A stretch of 64,000 nucleotides of DNA. Origin: Heptranchias perlo. Lineage: Eukaryota. The DNA is taken from positions 32,984,001 to 33,048,000 of the forward strand of contig NC_090353.1 of NCBI RefSeq assembly GCF_035084215.1. Reading direction: 5' to 3'. The notes below the pieces were generated by a model. That model searched no databases. It worked only from the letters and a program-made list of their open reading frames with translations, and had not been told where the DNA came from. Of the stretch, positions 1 through 11,826 are shown piece by piece. Numbering within the stretch: position 1 is the first letter of the stretch; each line of letters starts with the position of its first letter. Both the position numbers and the translations under genes were made by a program.

Positions 1-185
1 ATGTACATTCAAGTGTAAATGAAAACCCTTTGAGGTTAAACCTTCCTTTTTTGTTGTCAGTCGTAGCTTTTTGGAACTTCCTCTTTTCTTCTGAACACTT
101 CTTTTCCCTTCAGTAACTCCCTATTAAGCCTTTAGCCCCTCCGCCTTGGAGAACCCCGCGCTGTCCTGGACGGGGAACTCTATTA

Positions 186-1470
186 GCATACAAGGCTACG
201 GACCAAATGCTGGAATATGGGATTAGAGTAGACAGGGCTTGATGGCCGGCGCGGACACGATGGGCCGAAGGGCCTCTATCCATGCTGTATAACTCTATGA
301 CTCTCTATGACTCTAAGAAGAAACTGATCATCTGAAAGACGATCCCACGCTCCCCTCCAACCTCGCCGTCGCCTCTACATTTTATCAATATTGCTGTGTA
401 CGTTGCTCCTCAGGACATTCTTCTTTCATTCCCCCTGAGCTCCAAGTACACCTCCTTTCACAATATTCCCCACTCCCTGCATCCTGAGATCAAGACTCAT
501 TGCACGATTGAGTAGAATGGGTCTACGTTCCCTAGAGTTTAGAAGAATGAGAGGTGATCTCATTGAAATGTATAAAATTGTTAGAGGGCTTGACAGGGTA
601 GATGCTGAGAAGCTGTTTCCCCCTGGCTGGAGAGTCTAGAATTAGGGGTCATAGTCTCAGGATAAGGGGTGAGCATTTAGGACCGAGATGAGGAAAAATT
701 TCTTCACTCAGAGGGCCGTGAATTTTTAGAATTCTCTACCCCAGAGGGCTGTGGAAGCTCAATCGTTGAGTATATTCCAGACTGAGAGCGATAGACACTA
801 GGGGGGAATCAAGGGATATGGGGATAGGGCAGGAGAGTGGAATTGAGGTAGAAGATCAGCCATGATCTTGATGAATGGTGGAGCGGGCTCGAGGGGCCGA
901 ATGGCCTACTCCTGCTCCTATCTCTCATGTTCTTATTCATCATTTGATTGAGGTCTTCCACAGAATGAAAGGATTAGACTTGGTCCAATTGGATAGGCTA
1001 TTTGAGCTAGATAGGTTAGGGAGGTCCAGGGGACACAAGTTTACGTTGCTTAAGAATAGAACTAGCTTCGGTGTCAGGAGGTACTTCTTTTCACAGAGAG
1101 CGGCTGACATAAGGAACAAGTTGCCGTCGCGTACAGTGAGTGCAGATTTGTTGCAAGCGTTTGAAAGGGAGCTGGAAGGGTTCCTGAGTGAGACCGAGGT
1201 AATTACGTATGGAAGATAGGTGGCTATTGGGTGGGTCGGGGGGGAATGTGTCTCCCAATCACTCCTGGAATTTGATTATTCTCCTTCAGGAGCGAGAGAA
1301 GAATTTCTCAAGAGTTTTTTGTCCGAAATTGGACGAAGGTATCTTCTCAGGAGATTGATTTTTGGTGGATAAGTGGGTGGGTCGTATGGGGGTCGAGGTG
1401 TGCACAAGTTACACAGCGACAGTGTGGGATAGGCTCGATTGACCAGCTGGTCTTTCCTGTCCTTTGTTTT
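186..1470 (+). mobile_element. Cluster of CR1-type LINE 3' fragments
   Basis: 186-315 tail ending in (actctatga)n; ~510-930 and ~940-1470 encode degenerate RRMRGDLIE..RGH..FFSQR ORF2 C-termini. Confidence 0.85.
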
Positions 1471-2446
1471 AATGCGTTGCTATCATCTACTCCGACTCAT
1501 CCTTTCGCAGGTCTCGAAACTCCAATCTCTTGCCTCACTCCTTCTTCCCCTTCCTCCTACAAGCCTTTAAACCCAAGCATGGCATCACCTAACTCCTTGA
1601 ATTATCTGGTTTTGCTCTCCTACGCTTCTCAACGTTAGACAAAAGAGAATTGTACCTTTTTATGTTAAGATTATTTCAGGTCCATTGGTGTTTTGTTGTG
1701 AAAGATGCAAATAAACGGGTAGAAAACAACGGGTGAAATTGGGAACAAAACGTTTGTATCAAGTTGCTCTCCCGATTATGAAAGAAACAGCCGAACACCT
1801 TAGCAGAGGAATTTGATCGGGACGTGTTGCTATCGCACCTCGTGAGATGTGAGATGTTCGAGGACATCGCAGGACGTGATACTTACGGTAGGGGGGGTGG
1901 TCTCTTGGGATCACGGTGCACTGCCGTACCTGCGATTTTCCAGGGCGCACTCCCTGCGAGCATCACCCGCCCCCTTGACCTCCCCCCCCCCACCCCGCCC
2001 TCGAACTGGCAGCGTTAACCACTATCCGTTCGCTGCAGTCCCTCTCCAAGGGCGGTTCCCACTGTTGCAGACGGTTATGTCATCCTCGTGTCTGAATCAT
2101 GAGGCCCCCCCCCGAGATGGAGAATGTCTGGAGGTGCTGCGTGCAATAATCAGTTTCATGCAGGCACAGGTTTCCTGTTTCTAGGGAACTGATAGCCAGA
2201 ATTTACTGCTAAGTCAATTTGTAGCAAACACCCCTGACCAACAATTATCTCTCTTAACAGGCCTGTGAGCAGTTAAAAAAAAAACACTGGGACGATGTCA
2301 TTAACTTTTTTTCTTATGTTCCAGCCTGTGTTTTCCAATCAACAAGTCTGTGTTTTCCAATCAACAAGTCTCTGCTGATTGGAAAAGCCAAGACTTTCTC
2401 TTCGGGAGGCGACAGGGAGATTTTCCTCTGTGGGTATCCCCTGGGA

Positions 2447-2700
2447 GTAGGGTTGCCAACTCTGGTTGGATGCATTCCTGGAGGTTTCATCTGCCTCCAA
2501 CCGCCCCGCCTGGTCAAACAGCCTTTTCCCTGTCTCCAATACCTTTATAACCTAATAAACAAAAGTGTTCAAAGAAAATGAAAATAAAAACAATTTATTT
2601 AATGCCCTCATGATTTTTCTCCTGAGTTTCTTGCAGCGACGTCCAGATTATTAATCTTCAATTCCTGGAGACTCCAGGGCAATCCTGGAGAGTTGGCAAC
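2447..2700. mobile_element. MITE with (TAG)GGTTGCCAAC terminal inverted repeats, copy 1
   Basis: TAGGGTTGCCAACTC ... GAGTTGGCAAC; hAT-like assignment is inference. Confidence 0.7.
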
Positions 2701-2891
2701 TCCACCTTGGAGCCCAACAAGCAAAGTGCAGCTCAGGTATGTTGCTCCGAGGAAGAGGTTGCTGCCTCTGCTTTTCCTCCGTGGCCCGTTTTTCTCCTCT
2801 CTGCAGGCTGAGCTCTTAAGCTGCCCGCATCAGGGCCTTCTGGTGAGCAGCAGCCAGAGGACCCCCGAGTGGCCGAGATCGTTCCAGGGTC

Positions 2892-3265
2892 GGGTTGCCA
2901 ACTCTGGTTGAATGTGGTTGCATCACATGACCTCCCGGCTCCAACCGCCCCACCCTCATGCTCCCGCCATTGGTCGCCCAACTCGTCCATCGTCACCACG
3001 CACCTTCCTATGGCCAATTGGAAAGCGAAAATACTCTTCGTTAGCCAATTGGATGATTCGTGACTGTCAGGCGAACAGTATTTTTTCCCCATCTCCGATA
3101 TCTTTATAAATAATAAACAGAAGTGTTCAAAGAAAATGAAAAACACATTTTTTTTCTTAAAGCCCCTATGATTTTTCTCCTCCAGGGTTTGCTCGCAAGT
3201 GTCCTGGAGATTCAGCTTCAATTTCTGCAGACTCCAGGACAATCCTGGTGGGTTTTCAACCTTAT
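2892..3265. mobile_element. MITE with GGGTTGCCAAC TIR, copy 2
   Basis: Same 5' end and shared internal blocks (aataaacagaagtgttcaaagaaaatgaaaa; gactccaggacaatcctgg) as copy 1; right TIR degenerate. Confidence 0.7.
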
Positions 3266-3687
3266 TCTAGAGGAAGGCTTCTTAAATAAAAACTGACGGT
3301 CTCGATTGCCTCCAGCCTGTTCCCCTCCCCACAGGAACCCCCCTACCAGCGGGTGGTCAGGGGCATTTTCAACAAAAGCGTAGAGGAAGTTAAGGCAGGA
3401 GCCAGACAACGGCCCCCTCCCACTTCATTTGAATTTGATCTCCGGGCCTGTACCTGCTCGAGGTGTAGGCCCAGTTACAGATCCTGGGAAATCCATGCAA
3501 CGGGGAGCAGGCAGGGTTTAAAGGGTCCTCTCCCACCCCCTCCTTCCTCTTCCCTGCTTACGGGGGAAAAACACTGATTCCCCAGTAGCACATTTACTCC
3601 TACCCACTGCTTACCGACTGTGCCGAAGTCAATGCTAACAGCCCCAAATGCTGCCCGGCCTGAGGCCAGTGAACGCAGCACAGAACA

Positions 3688-4182
3688 GTTTAGGAAGGAT
3701 GTCAAGGCCTTGGAGAGGGCGCAGAGGAGATTTACAAGAATGATACCAGGGATGAGGGACTTCAGTTTTCTGGAGAGACTAGAGAAGCTGGGGTTGTTCT
3801 CCTTGGAGCAGAGAAGGTAAAGGGGAAGATTTGATTTAAGTGTTCAAAATCATGAAGGGGAGATGAGGAGAAACTGCTTCCACTGGCAGGAGGGTCGGTA
3901 ACCAGAGGACACAGATTTAAGATAATTGGCAAAAGAACCATGAGGGAGATGAGATGTTTTTATGCAGCGAGTTATTACGATCTGGAATGCGCTGCCTGAA
4001 AGGGCGGTGGAAGCAGATTCAATCGTAACTTTCAAAAGGGAATTGGATAAATATTTGAAAAGGAACACAATTTTGCTGGGATTTGGGGAAAGAGTGGAAC
4101 CAATCGGATAGCTCGTTCAAAGAGCTGAGCAGGCACAATGGTTCAAATGGCCTCCTGTACTGTAAAATTCTATTCTATGATA
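3688..4182 (+). mobile_element. CR1 LINE 3' fragment
   Basis: FRKDVKALERAQRRFTRMIPGMRDFS..LEKLGLFSLEQRR; tail ending attctatga. Confidence 0.9.
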
Positions 4183-4403
4183 ACCGGGGAGGCGGGGGGA
4201 GATATCGAACCTGGGACCCTCTGGGCTGGATATTCCACTGGGAAGTGCAGTTACCCGTTATGGTCAGGAGAACATGCCCTCGGTCTGGAATTTGGAGACG
4301 ACACAAGCTCACTGCGCTGCATCGTCGAAACTGTTTCAGAATCTGATACAAAAGATTAAAACGAGCCTTTAACTAAAAGATTTTTTAAAAATTTCTTTTG
4401 TCA

Positions 4404-4425
4404 TTTATTAAATAGTTTATGTACA
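4404..4425 (-). terminator. Candidate distal poly(A) signal of the ZNF367-like 3'UTR
   Basis: Minus strand reads TGTACATA (Pumilio-type element) ... AATAAA (4404-4409); another AATAAA at 5466-5471. Confidence 0.5.
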
Positions 4426-5105
4426 GTGCAATTAAACTACAGTCTCTTTTCAAAAATCAATCTTTCTTTTTTTTTTCTAAATTACATATTCACACCAGCC
4501 AGATCCACACTCTGGTGGTGTGCAAGGCAGCTTTCAGGTCAAATCTCTTCAGTGTACGGAGGAAAGAATTCGATACAGAACATTAATGCTGTGGAAGACT
4601 CTCCCAACAATGATTTCAAATCTGTCAGCTCAGAGTTATGTGCACGCCCGCATCTTAAATTTTTAGTACAAGCCCCAACGCAGTAGAATCTGTCCAGTGT
4701 TAAACCCCTTTGATCTCTAATGAAGATCGATATTGAAGACTCCTCAAACCTTCTCGAAATATTTTTTAAGAGCTTAATTTTTTGTTAAAAAAAAAACTTA
4801 GGGCTACTCTTCCTTCCTGACTATTTACATGAGTTTTAAAGAGATTGCGGATAAATTTTTACATTCTTTCCCCTGGCCCCACCCTAATTTTAAAATAGCC
4901 AAAAAGTGTTGCACTCATGAGTTGAAGTGCCAGGCCAGCGGCCTTCAGTCGGACCGAATGGCCGCCCCCCGTCTTTCCTCCTCCCCCAGGAACACGAGTG
5001 GCTTAAAGCTTGGTTCCATTTCCGATAACTGTGTCTCAAAGAAGGAATTTGTTCCTTTGTTACCTTTCAACACACACTACACGGTGGACAAAACGATACA
5101 GTAAA

Positions 5106-5128
5106 ATATATATATATATATATATATA
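5106..5128. repeat. (AT)n microsatellite
   Basis: Direct reading. Confidence 0.9.
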
Positions 5129-5619
5129 ATTTTAAAAAAAGCTACAGCCAGTCAGCCACCATTTTAACACCACTGCCTCAGGCCGTTGGATAGGTGGATT
5201 TGGCAGCCATTTTGTTTCCCCCTCCTCCCTCGACCCCCAATGGGCAATCGGCCCAGTTCAGTACCTTTGTGTCACAGCGCACGCACAAACAGAAGTGGGT
5301 TGCCCTGTAGTGCAAATTCAAGTATCGCTGCCTTTCCATAAAGTATAATTTACTGTGAGTCACAAAAACAGGAGCTACATGGAGGGGGGATTAAAATCGG
5401 CAACAAACCCATCCCTGCACCAGTTTGTTTCCTGGCTTTGTTGTTAAATTGTATTTTCCATCAGTTTTATTATTTTAATTTTAAAAAGTGCTGGCGTTGC
5501 TGTTCTGACAAAAAAGAATCAATAAAGTCAAGCTCGGGGCATTAACATGTGCAAGTCCATAATAAGTATGGCCAGTCTTTCCCCTCCTCATCGTATATAT
5601 AGTTCTCCCCTCAATCCCC

Positions 5620-5910
5620 AATACTTTGTTTTCCCTCGCCTCTCCCCTTCTTCTCCCTGTCCCAGTCGCCCCCACCCCCATGTCCACCTCCTCTTCCAAA
5701 CTCCTCCCCTCCCTCTGTCCCTATTCCCCTCTTCTTCCCCCCTAGCTCTTCTCCTCCTTCCCCCAGGTTTCTCTTCTTCTGCTCCTCTTTCTCCTCCCTG
5801 ACCCACTCTTCTCGTACTCCTCCCCTCCCTGTCCCACCTTCTCCTCAGTTCCCCTCTTCCTCCCAGTCCTCTTCTTCACCACTCCCATCCCCTCCGCCCC
5901 ATTTGCTGCC
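5620..5910. repeat. Polypyrimidine/polypurine low-complexity tract
   Basis: ~290 nt that is almost entirely C/T on the plus strand. Confidence 0.85.
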
Positions 5911-6518
5911 TCCATCATTGGAAACCTGTATTACAGAAATTTTCTTTACTGTTGGATTATTCCAAACCTTTCCGACTGAGGAGAGCACAAAACCATTTGA
6001 GGTGTTTGAAGAGTCTAAAGGGAGAGCTGTGTAGGGCTTCAATGGGCCGAATGGCCTTTCCCTGCTCTCCTTATGGCGTTCTCCTGAATTCCCCCTCCCC
6101 ATTCTTTTTCTTCCTATCACCCGCCATCCTTCTTCACTGGGCAAGGAATGTACCAACTGAGCAGTCGGGTAGGGACAAAAATTGAAAAATTACCAGGTTG
6201 CCTTACCTTTTTATAATTTAAATTGGTTTCAATCTGTCTTAATCCTCATCTAGCGGTCCCCCCCCTCCCCCATGCCAGCCCTTGCCCACCTCTGTAACCT
6301 CCTCCAACCCCATAACACAGAAGGCGTGCCATCTCTAAACACTAGCGCACTGCGCAAGCAACAAAGGTTGAACATTATATTATTCTTGGCCTCACAAGCG
6401 AGTACAGAGCGTTAATGTGAAACCAGCGGTTAGTTGAATGAAGATGGAAAAAGCAAGTGATTGACACAAGACAGAATGGTAATTAATGTGGGAGCTGTTA
6501 AGTGCTGCAGTCTCAATG

Positions 6519-6536
6519 CGCACCAGCAGGTGGCAA
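6519..6536 (+). promoter_or_regulatory. Candidate CTCF site
   Basis: CCAGCAGGTGGCA matches CCASYAGRKGGCR. Confidence 0.45.
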
Positions 6537-6714
6537 TGTATTGTCAGGTTATTGTTTCTGAACATGGGAACGGGACAGAAATGTAATGACGTTCGGTGAA
6601 TGCTTGGCACGTTCCCATTGACTGCTCTGTCCGCTACTTTAATTCTGGCATTAACCAGTTCATCTTAAGCTGAAATTGTGGAGCAAACAGCGTCGCACGA
6701 ACACCTTAAGGAGT

Positions 6715-7140
6715 CAGTCTTGCCTCAGTGGGTCGCGCTCTCACTTCATGAGTCGGAAGGTCGTGGGTTCGAGTCCCACTCCACAGACTCGAGCACATAA
6801 TCCAGGCTGACACTCCCAGTGCAGTACTGAGGGGGTGCTGCTCTATCGGAGGTGCCGTCTTTCGGACGCGACGTTAAAACCGAGGCCCTGTCTGCCCTCT
6901 CAGGTGGACGTAAAAGATCCCACGGCACTATTTTGAAAAAGAGCTGTGGAGTTCTCCCCCGGTGTCCTGGCCAATATTTAATCCCTCAACCAATATTACG
7001 AGAACAGATTAGCTGGTCATTATCTCATTGCTGCTTGAGGTTTCCCTACATTACAACAAGTGACTACACTTCAAAGGTACTTCATTGGCTGCAAAGCACT
7101 TTGAGGTCGTGAAAGGTGCTATATAAATGCAAGTTCTTTC
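6715..7140 (+). mobile_element. tRNA-derived SINE (DeuSINE/SacSINE-like) with L2-type tail
   Basis: A box CTCAGTGG, B box GGTTCGAGTCC, body, tail aaaggtgctatataaatgcaagt; related copies at 11202-12260(+), ~21910-22170(-), ~40775-41207(-), ~43905-44300(-). Confidence 0.85.
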
Positions 7141-8795
7141 CAATTGCCCAGTACTTAGACGCTGGCCAAAAGCCTCCTGTGGGGGTATTTTTTAATGTTG
7201 CATTGTTCATGGAACAGCCAGCGTTACAGGACCAGACCTGAACAAGGAGGGAGGGGGTCCCCAATAAACCTTTGAGCTGCAGCAGAGTCCATCACCGCGT
7301 TCCAGACGCTCATTGAGGTCTAACCGCGGTTCCACCCTGCGCTCAAGTCCACCGGCTCGCCGCGCCGATTGGTTTTTGCCGACGTTCGGCTGACTCCCCT
7401 CCCGCAACCCCCAGCGGAGGGAGGCCTGTGGGACACCTCACGGGGCCTGTGACACATGCACGGCCCGTTGTTTTTAGCGGTAGTCCAACAATCTGCACGT
7501 TCCTGTGCCTAAAAAAAAAAAGGGTTAAGTGCAAAGAGAGGCTTGTCCGGGAGCAGCGAGACTTCGACATTCAAAACACGACAGCAGGTCACAAAAAACA
7601 CAAGAGCAAAACTAAACTAAAAGGTGCTGGTTCCTGCAGCAGAAATTCTTCCCACTCCATTTATATTAGAGAAACAAATCTGCATTATTTAAAAACCTTA
7701 AACTCTCGACGCTCAAAGGTTTTTTGTGGTTGGAATTTTTGCACTGTGACCGCTCGATGGTTAATAATGGATCAGAAACATTCCCAATCTTTTTTTTTTG
7801 GTTAAATTTCCTATTCACTATCAAAAATAAAGTGGGGTGGGGGGTCACCACTACAAATATGGAATTGAGATCAGAGGGGTTGGGGGGGGGGTTGTTATGA
7901 AGTTTTACATCTTGAAGAATTTATATATTTTTTAAAAAACAGCCCACAAGAAATTGTAAAACCACCACTGACAGATATTAATAAATCAGTTCACTTTTTG
8001 AAGTGCTATTCGAGTACACTAATAACATTAAATGGTTTTAAAACAAAACTGGCACAGTGCAGCACAGAGTGGCAGGACACAGATCTGAATCCCTCATCTG
8101 CCCCCACAGCGAGTTCCCAATGTCAGGTGCACTGTGCAGAGAGGGGAGAACGATAAAGAGAGATCTCTCCCCTTTCCCCCCCCCACCCCCTCCCCACAAC
8201 CCCCGTTTAAAAGCAGCAGGAAGAGCACGCTGATCACTTTCCCGCAGGTAAAAGACGATGATCGTCACATTAGACAGTCAGCGGATCAGAGGTGAAACTC
8301 TCTGCCAATGCCCGCGCTGCACCAACGCAAGGTAACTCCAATTAAACCGTCACATCAGGAGCGTGAAGACCTTTCTTGCTGAATAGCCGGATGTCAATAT
8401 AGTCGCCAACTTTACAGTGCGGATTAATATTTAGAAGCAACTGGGGGCCCCAGTTAAAAGCACAGTGAGTGAGCAACCAGAGTGAGAGGCAGTTTTCACA
8501 AGTGCCTAATTAGAATCCTCACTGCTGCCGTACAAAATAACAAGGACAAGAAAAGAAACATCTGGGACAAAAACCTAGGACCTTCCTCAGGAAGCTACGG
8601 ATTCCGAGGGGCTCGTCGGCCAGCCAGATCAGTGGGGTCAACCGGAGAGGTCAACCAGAGGGATGTCCAGGGGACCGTATAAAACAGCGCGCGCCAAACT
8701 CCTCTGTCATTTTTTTCCAGTCCCCCCCCTCCCTCCCCTCTGTTCAAGGGAATCCCTTTGGGTGTAAGAAAGAGGGACGAGGGAGAAGGTGGTTC

Positions 8796-9036
8796 TCAGT
8801 AAGGCTGAGCCTCCGACGAAAGGTTTGCCAGCTGGATCAGTGCCAGCGCCCCGTACCACCGCTCCTTCTGTTCCTGCAGGTGCCTCCGGGAGCAGCGTTG
8901 TTCCCCCCCCTCCTCCTCCTCCTCCTCCTCCTGGCGATGGAGGCGGCCCATCGGGATCTTCTGCTCCTGGTCAGGTTTCTGGACGCACGTCTCTTCCTTG
9001 GCTGGGGTCGGCCGCTGTTCTCGGCTCTGCCAGTAC
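8796..9036 (-). CDS. ZNF367-like exon 5 (terminal)
   Basis: YWQSREQRPTP...QKPDQEQ...LQEQKERWYGALALIQLANL..* matches the ZNF367 C-terminal GALALIELAN motif; phases join to 900 nt. Confidence 0.93.
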
Positions 9037-9404
9037 CTGCGCGAGTTACACGGTCGAAAAGAAAAGAACTTCAGATGGGTAAACAAGCGCGAGCGGTCCA
9101 ATGTTTATTTGTATCCGGCTGTTTTAATATCCGCAACAACCCCACCCCCCTCTGGCTCCTAATGGTTCAGCCTGTAATTCTGTGGTCCTTCCCCCATCAG
9201 GCAGCTCAGTTGGTACTTTCCCTTCTCAGTCCGGTTCTGAGCTGCACTCCCACTAAAACTTGCATTTATAATTGCACCTTTAACGCAGAAAAAACATCAC
9301 GGGAGGCGTGAGGAGAAACAGATTCCGATCCAAGGGAGGAGCGATAGGATCGACAGCTCGGTCAAAGAGGTGGGTTCTTAGGCAGGTCTTTAAAAAGGAG
9401 GGGA

Positions 9405-9695
9405 AGTACTGGAGAGATCAATAAATCCAATCGGGAATCCAGGAGAAACTTCTTTACCCAGAGGGTGGTGAGAACGTGGAACTCGCTGCCACAGGGAGTA
9501 GTTGAGGTGAATGGCATAGATGCATTCAAGAGGAAGCTGGATAAACACATGAGGGAGAAAGGAATAGAAGGATATGGATGTAGGGTTAGATGAAGTAAGG
9601 TGAGAGGAGGCTCGTATGGAACGTAAACACCGGCATAAACCTGTCGGGCCGAATGGCCTGTTTCTGTGCTGTAAATTCTATCTAATTCTATGTAA
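9405..9695 (+). mobile_element. CR1 LINE 3' fragment
   Basis: RRNFFTQRVVRTWNSLP-type sequence; gggccgaatggcctgtttctgtgctgta tail. Confidence 0.85.
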
Positions 9696-10002
9696 TTTAG
9701 GGAGTGGATTCCAGCAAGTGGGGCCTGTACAGGTCAGGAATCGCCTGGGCTCAATCCCTTGTCTGGAAGGACTTTGCTGGTCTTGGCCATGGTGTAGGGA
9801 TGATTCCATTGGCCTCAACACCCAGTAGGACGGAGGGAGCTAAGAGTCCCAGGCCTGATCCCTATCCAGCGAGTCTGGCTGGAAAGAATAACAGCTCCGG
9901 CCACAAGGCCCGATTGCCATACCGCCAACCACCCACGGTTGAATATCCCGTCGCGACCTAGGCACACACATGAAAAAGTGGCCACTGGGTTCTGAGGTGA
10001 GG

Positions 10003-10042
10003 TGGGGGGGGGGGGGGGGGGGGTGGGGGGGGGGGGGGGGGG
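10003..10042. repeat. Poly-G run
   Basis: ~40 nt of G with one T interruption. Confidence 0.9.
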
Positions 10043-10160
10043 AGTGGGTGCTTCCCCCTTTGGAACTGTCGGGCAGCAGGAGTTGGTGCCGAGAGAGGAG
10101 AGGGGGAAAAAAAAATACACCGCGACAAATACGAGACGGCACAGGAGCTCAGTCGCTCAC

Positions 10161-10302
10161 CTCGCGAGCCACTCCGCCACCGCCTTGTCCTCTTCGGCCG
10201 TCGTGACCTTGTCCTGATTGGTCGCGCCCTCCTGCCGCCTCAGTCTGGCGTACGGGTGTCTCGAGCAGTGCCGATTGGCGTGGGTAAATTTGCTGGCACA
10301 AC
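10161..10302 (-). CDS. ZNF367-like exon 4
   Basis: GCASKFTHANRHCSRHPYARLRRQEGATNQDKVTTAEEDKAVAEWLA; ctccag| and |GTGAGC; 142 nt. Confidence 0.95.
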
Positions 10303-10569
10303 CTGGAGAGAATTTTTTTTTTTAAAAAACAAACATTTCCAGGTCACTTTGCTTAACAGAGATACTTTCGCAGTAATTAATCTCCACACAGATCAACACT
10401 CAACACTAAATCTCATAGGCCCAGCACGGGCTGCATTGTTTGTTCAAACTTTGCCTCACTGGAGTGAAAAGGCACAAAGTTTGACTAAAACTGGGAGCAT
10501 TTTGTCACCTCCTCCCACAGGGCAGGCAACAAGTCCAGTTACACTTCAACAGAGAACCTTACAGCAATG

Positions 10570-10910
10570 ACTTGCATTTATATAGCGCCTTTGACGTAGT
10601 AAAACTTCCCGAGGCGCTTCACAGGAGCGTTTGTCAAACAAAATTTGACACCGAGCCACACGAGGAGATATCAGGACAGGCGGCCAAAAGCTTGGTCAAA
10701 GAAGTGGGCATTAAAGAGAGTCTTAAAAAGTAGAGAGAGGCAGAGAGCCTCGGGAGGGAATTTCAGAGCTTAGGGTCTAGACGGCTGAATGCACGGCTGC
10801 CAACGGAAGTGGGGGATGGGCAAGAGGCTATAGTTGCAGAGATCTGAGGGTTGTAGGGTGGGAGGTTACAGAGAGAGGGAGGGAGGGGCGAGGCCATGGA
10901 ATGATTTGAA
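10570..10910 (-). mobile_element. L2-type LINE 3' fragment
   Basis: Reverse of the ..aaggcgctatataaatgcaagt tail and body shared with 22973-23560. Confidence 0.8.
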
Positions 10911-11215
10911 TGCAGTTGAACCCTGGGTTGAGTCAATGGGTTAGATGCTGAGTTTTGATGAAGACTGCCACTCAAAGTCAACTCTCAATCGCAGACTTGG
11001 TAATCGCATACCCAGGCCCAGGCCGGGCAGACCTGCAGTACTCCACTGATTGAGCAGCCACGATCACTAAGGGGACCTGGAGGGTAAACCTGTCACTGGG
11101 TCTAGGAATCTTCCCATTCAGGTTCAGATGACCTTGCAGGGCAAAACACTAACAGGCAGGATGGACCTTGCTGGACAAACACCAGGCAGGCTAACCGAGG
11201 CGTCAGCCGTAGCTC

Positions 11216-11826
11216 CGAGGGTCCCGAGCAGCTCCGTAACACACGACTCTGTGCTCTACGGGCTGTTCCCGGGGACGCACACCGAGACAGATATCAACTG
11301 CTGCTGGAAGACCGTCAACTCGGTGAAAGACGCCCTTTGGTCTGCCCGAAACCTGCTGGTCTTCCAGTGCACGGAGCTGTCCTCGACCGAGTGTTGCAGA
11401 CTGGCACATTTCAAGGTCCAGGACTACGTGCTCAGGGACACACCGATGCCGGGTGCGGCCGCCGCAAAGGCTCTGTGGGGAAAGGCAACCATTTGGAGCC
11501 TTCCCGCCATTGTATACCGAGGGGCTGCAATCAGGGAAAAACCCCCCCAGGCAAAATGTAAAATTCAAATTGATGTAATGTACCTGAAATGAATCTGTAA
11601 TGTACCTGAAATGAATCTGTAATCAGTAATCTGTATTGAGTATAATGCAATGAGACACCCCAGAGTGTCATGAACTGTAATTATGTACAATGTGTTCATT
11701 GAACTGTACTTGATGTAACCTGCAAATTGTATAATCTGTATTGTGTACATTTGGAATGTGGTATGATAACTGTATTGTATGTTTTGCTGCAAATTTTATG
11801 AATAAAGTATATTTTATGAAAAAAAA
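11216..11826 (+). mobile_element. Tx1-type (L1 group) LINE 3' fragment with poly(A) tail
   Basis: SVLYGLFPGTH..CCWKTVNSVKDALWSARNLLVFQ C-terminal ORF2 motif, TG-rich 3'UTR, AATAAA, A8 tail. Confidence 0.75.

Noticed and set aside
6715-6790. tRNA gene
   Set aside because: A/B boxes are present but continue into SINE body and tail with no intact cloverleaf; the same applies at 14889, 17963 and ~41190.
8789-9311. Plus-strand Pro-rich / Leu-rich ORFs
   Set aside because: Antisense shadows of the (GAG)n Glu tract in ZNF367-like exon 5.
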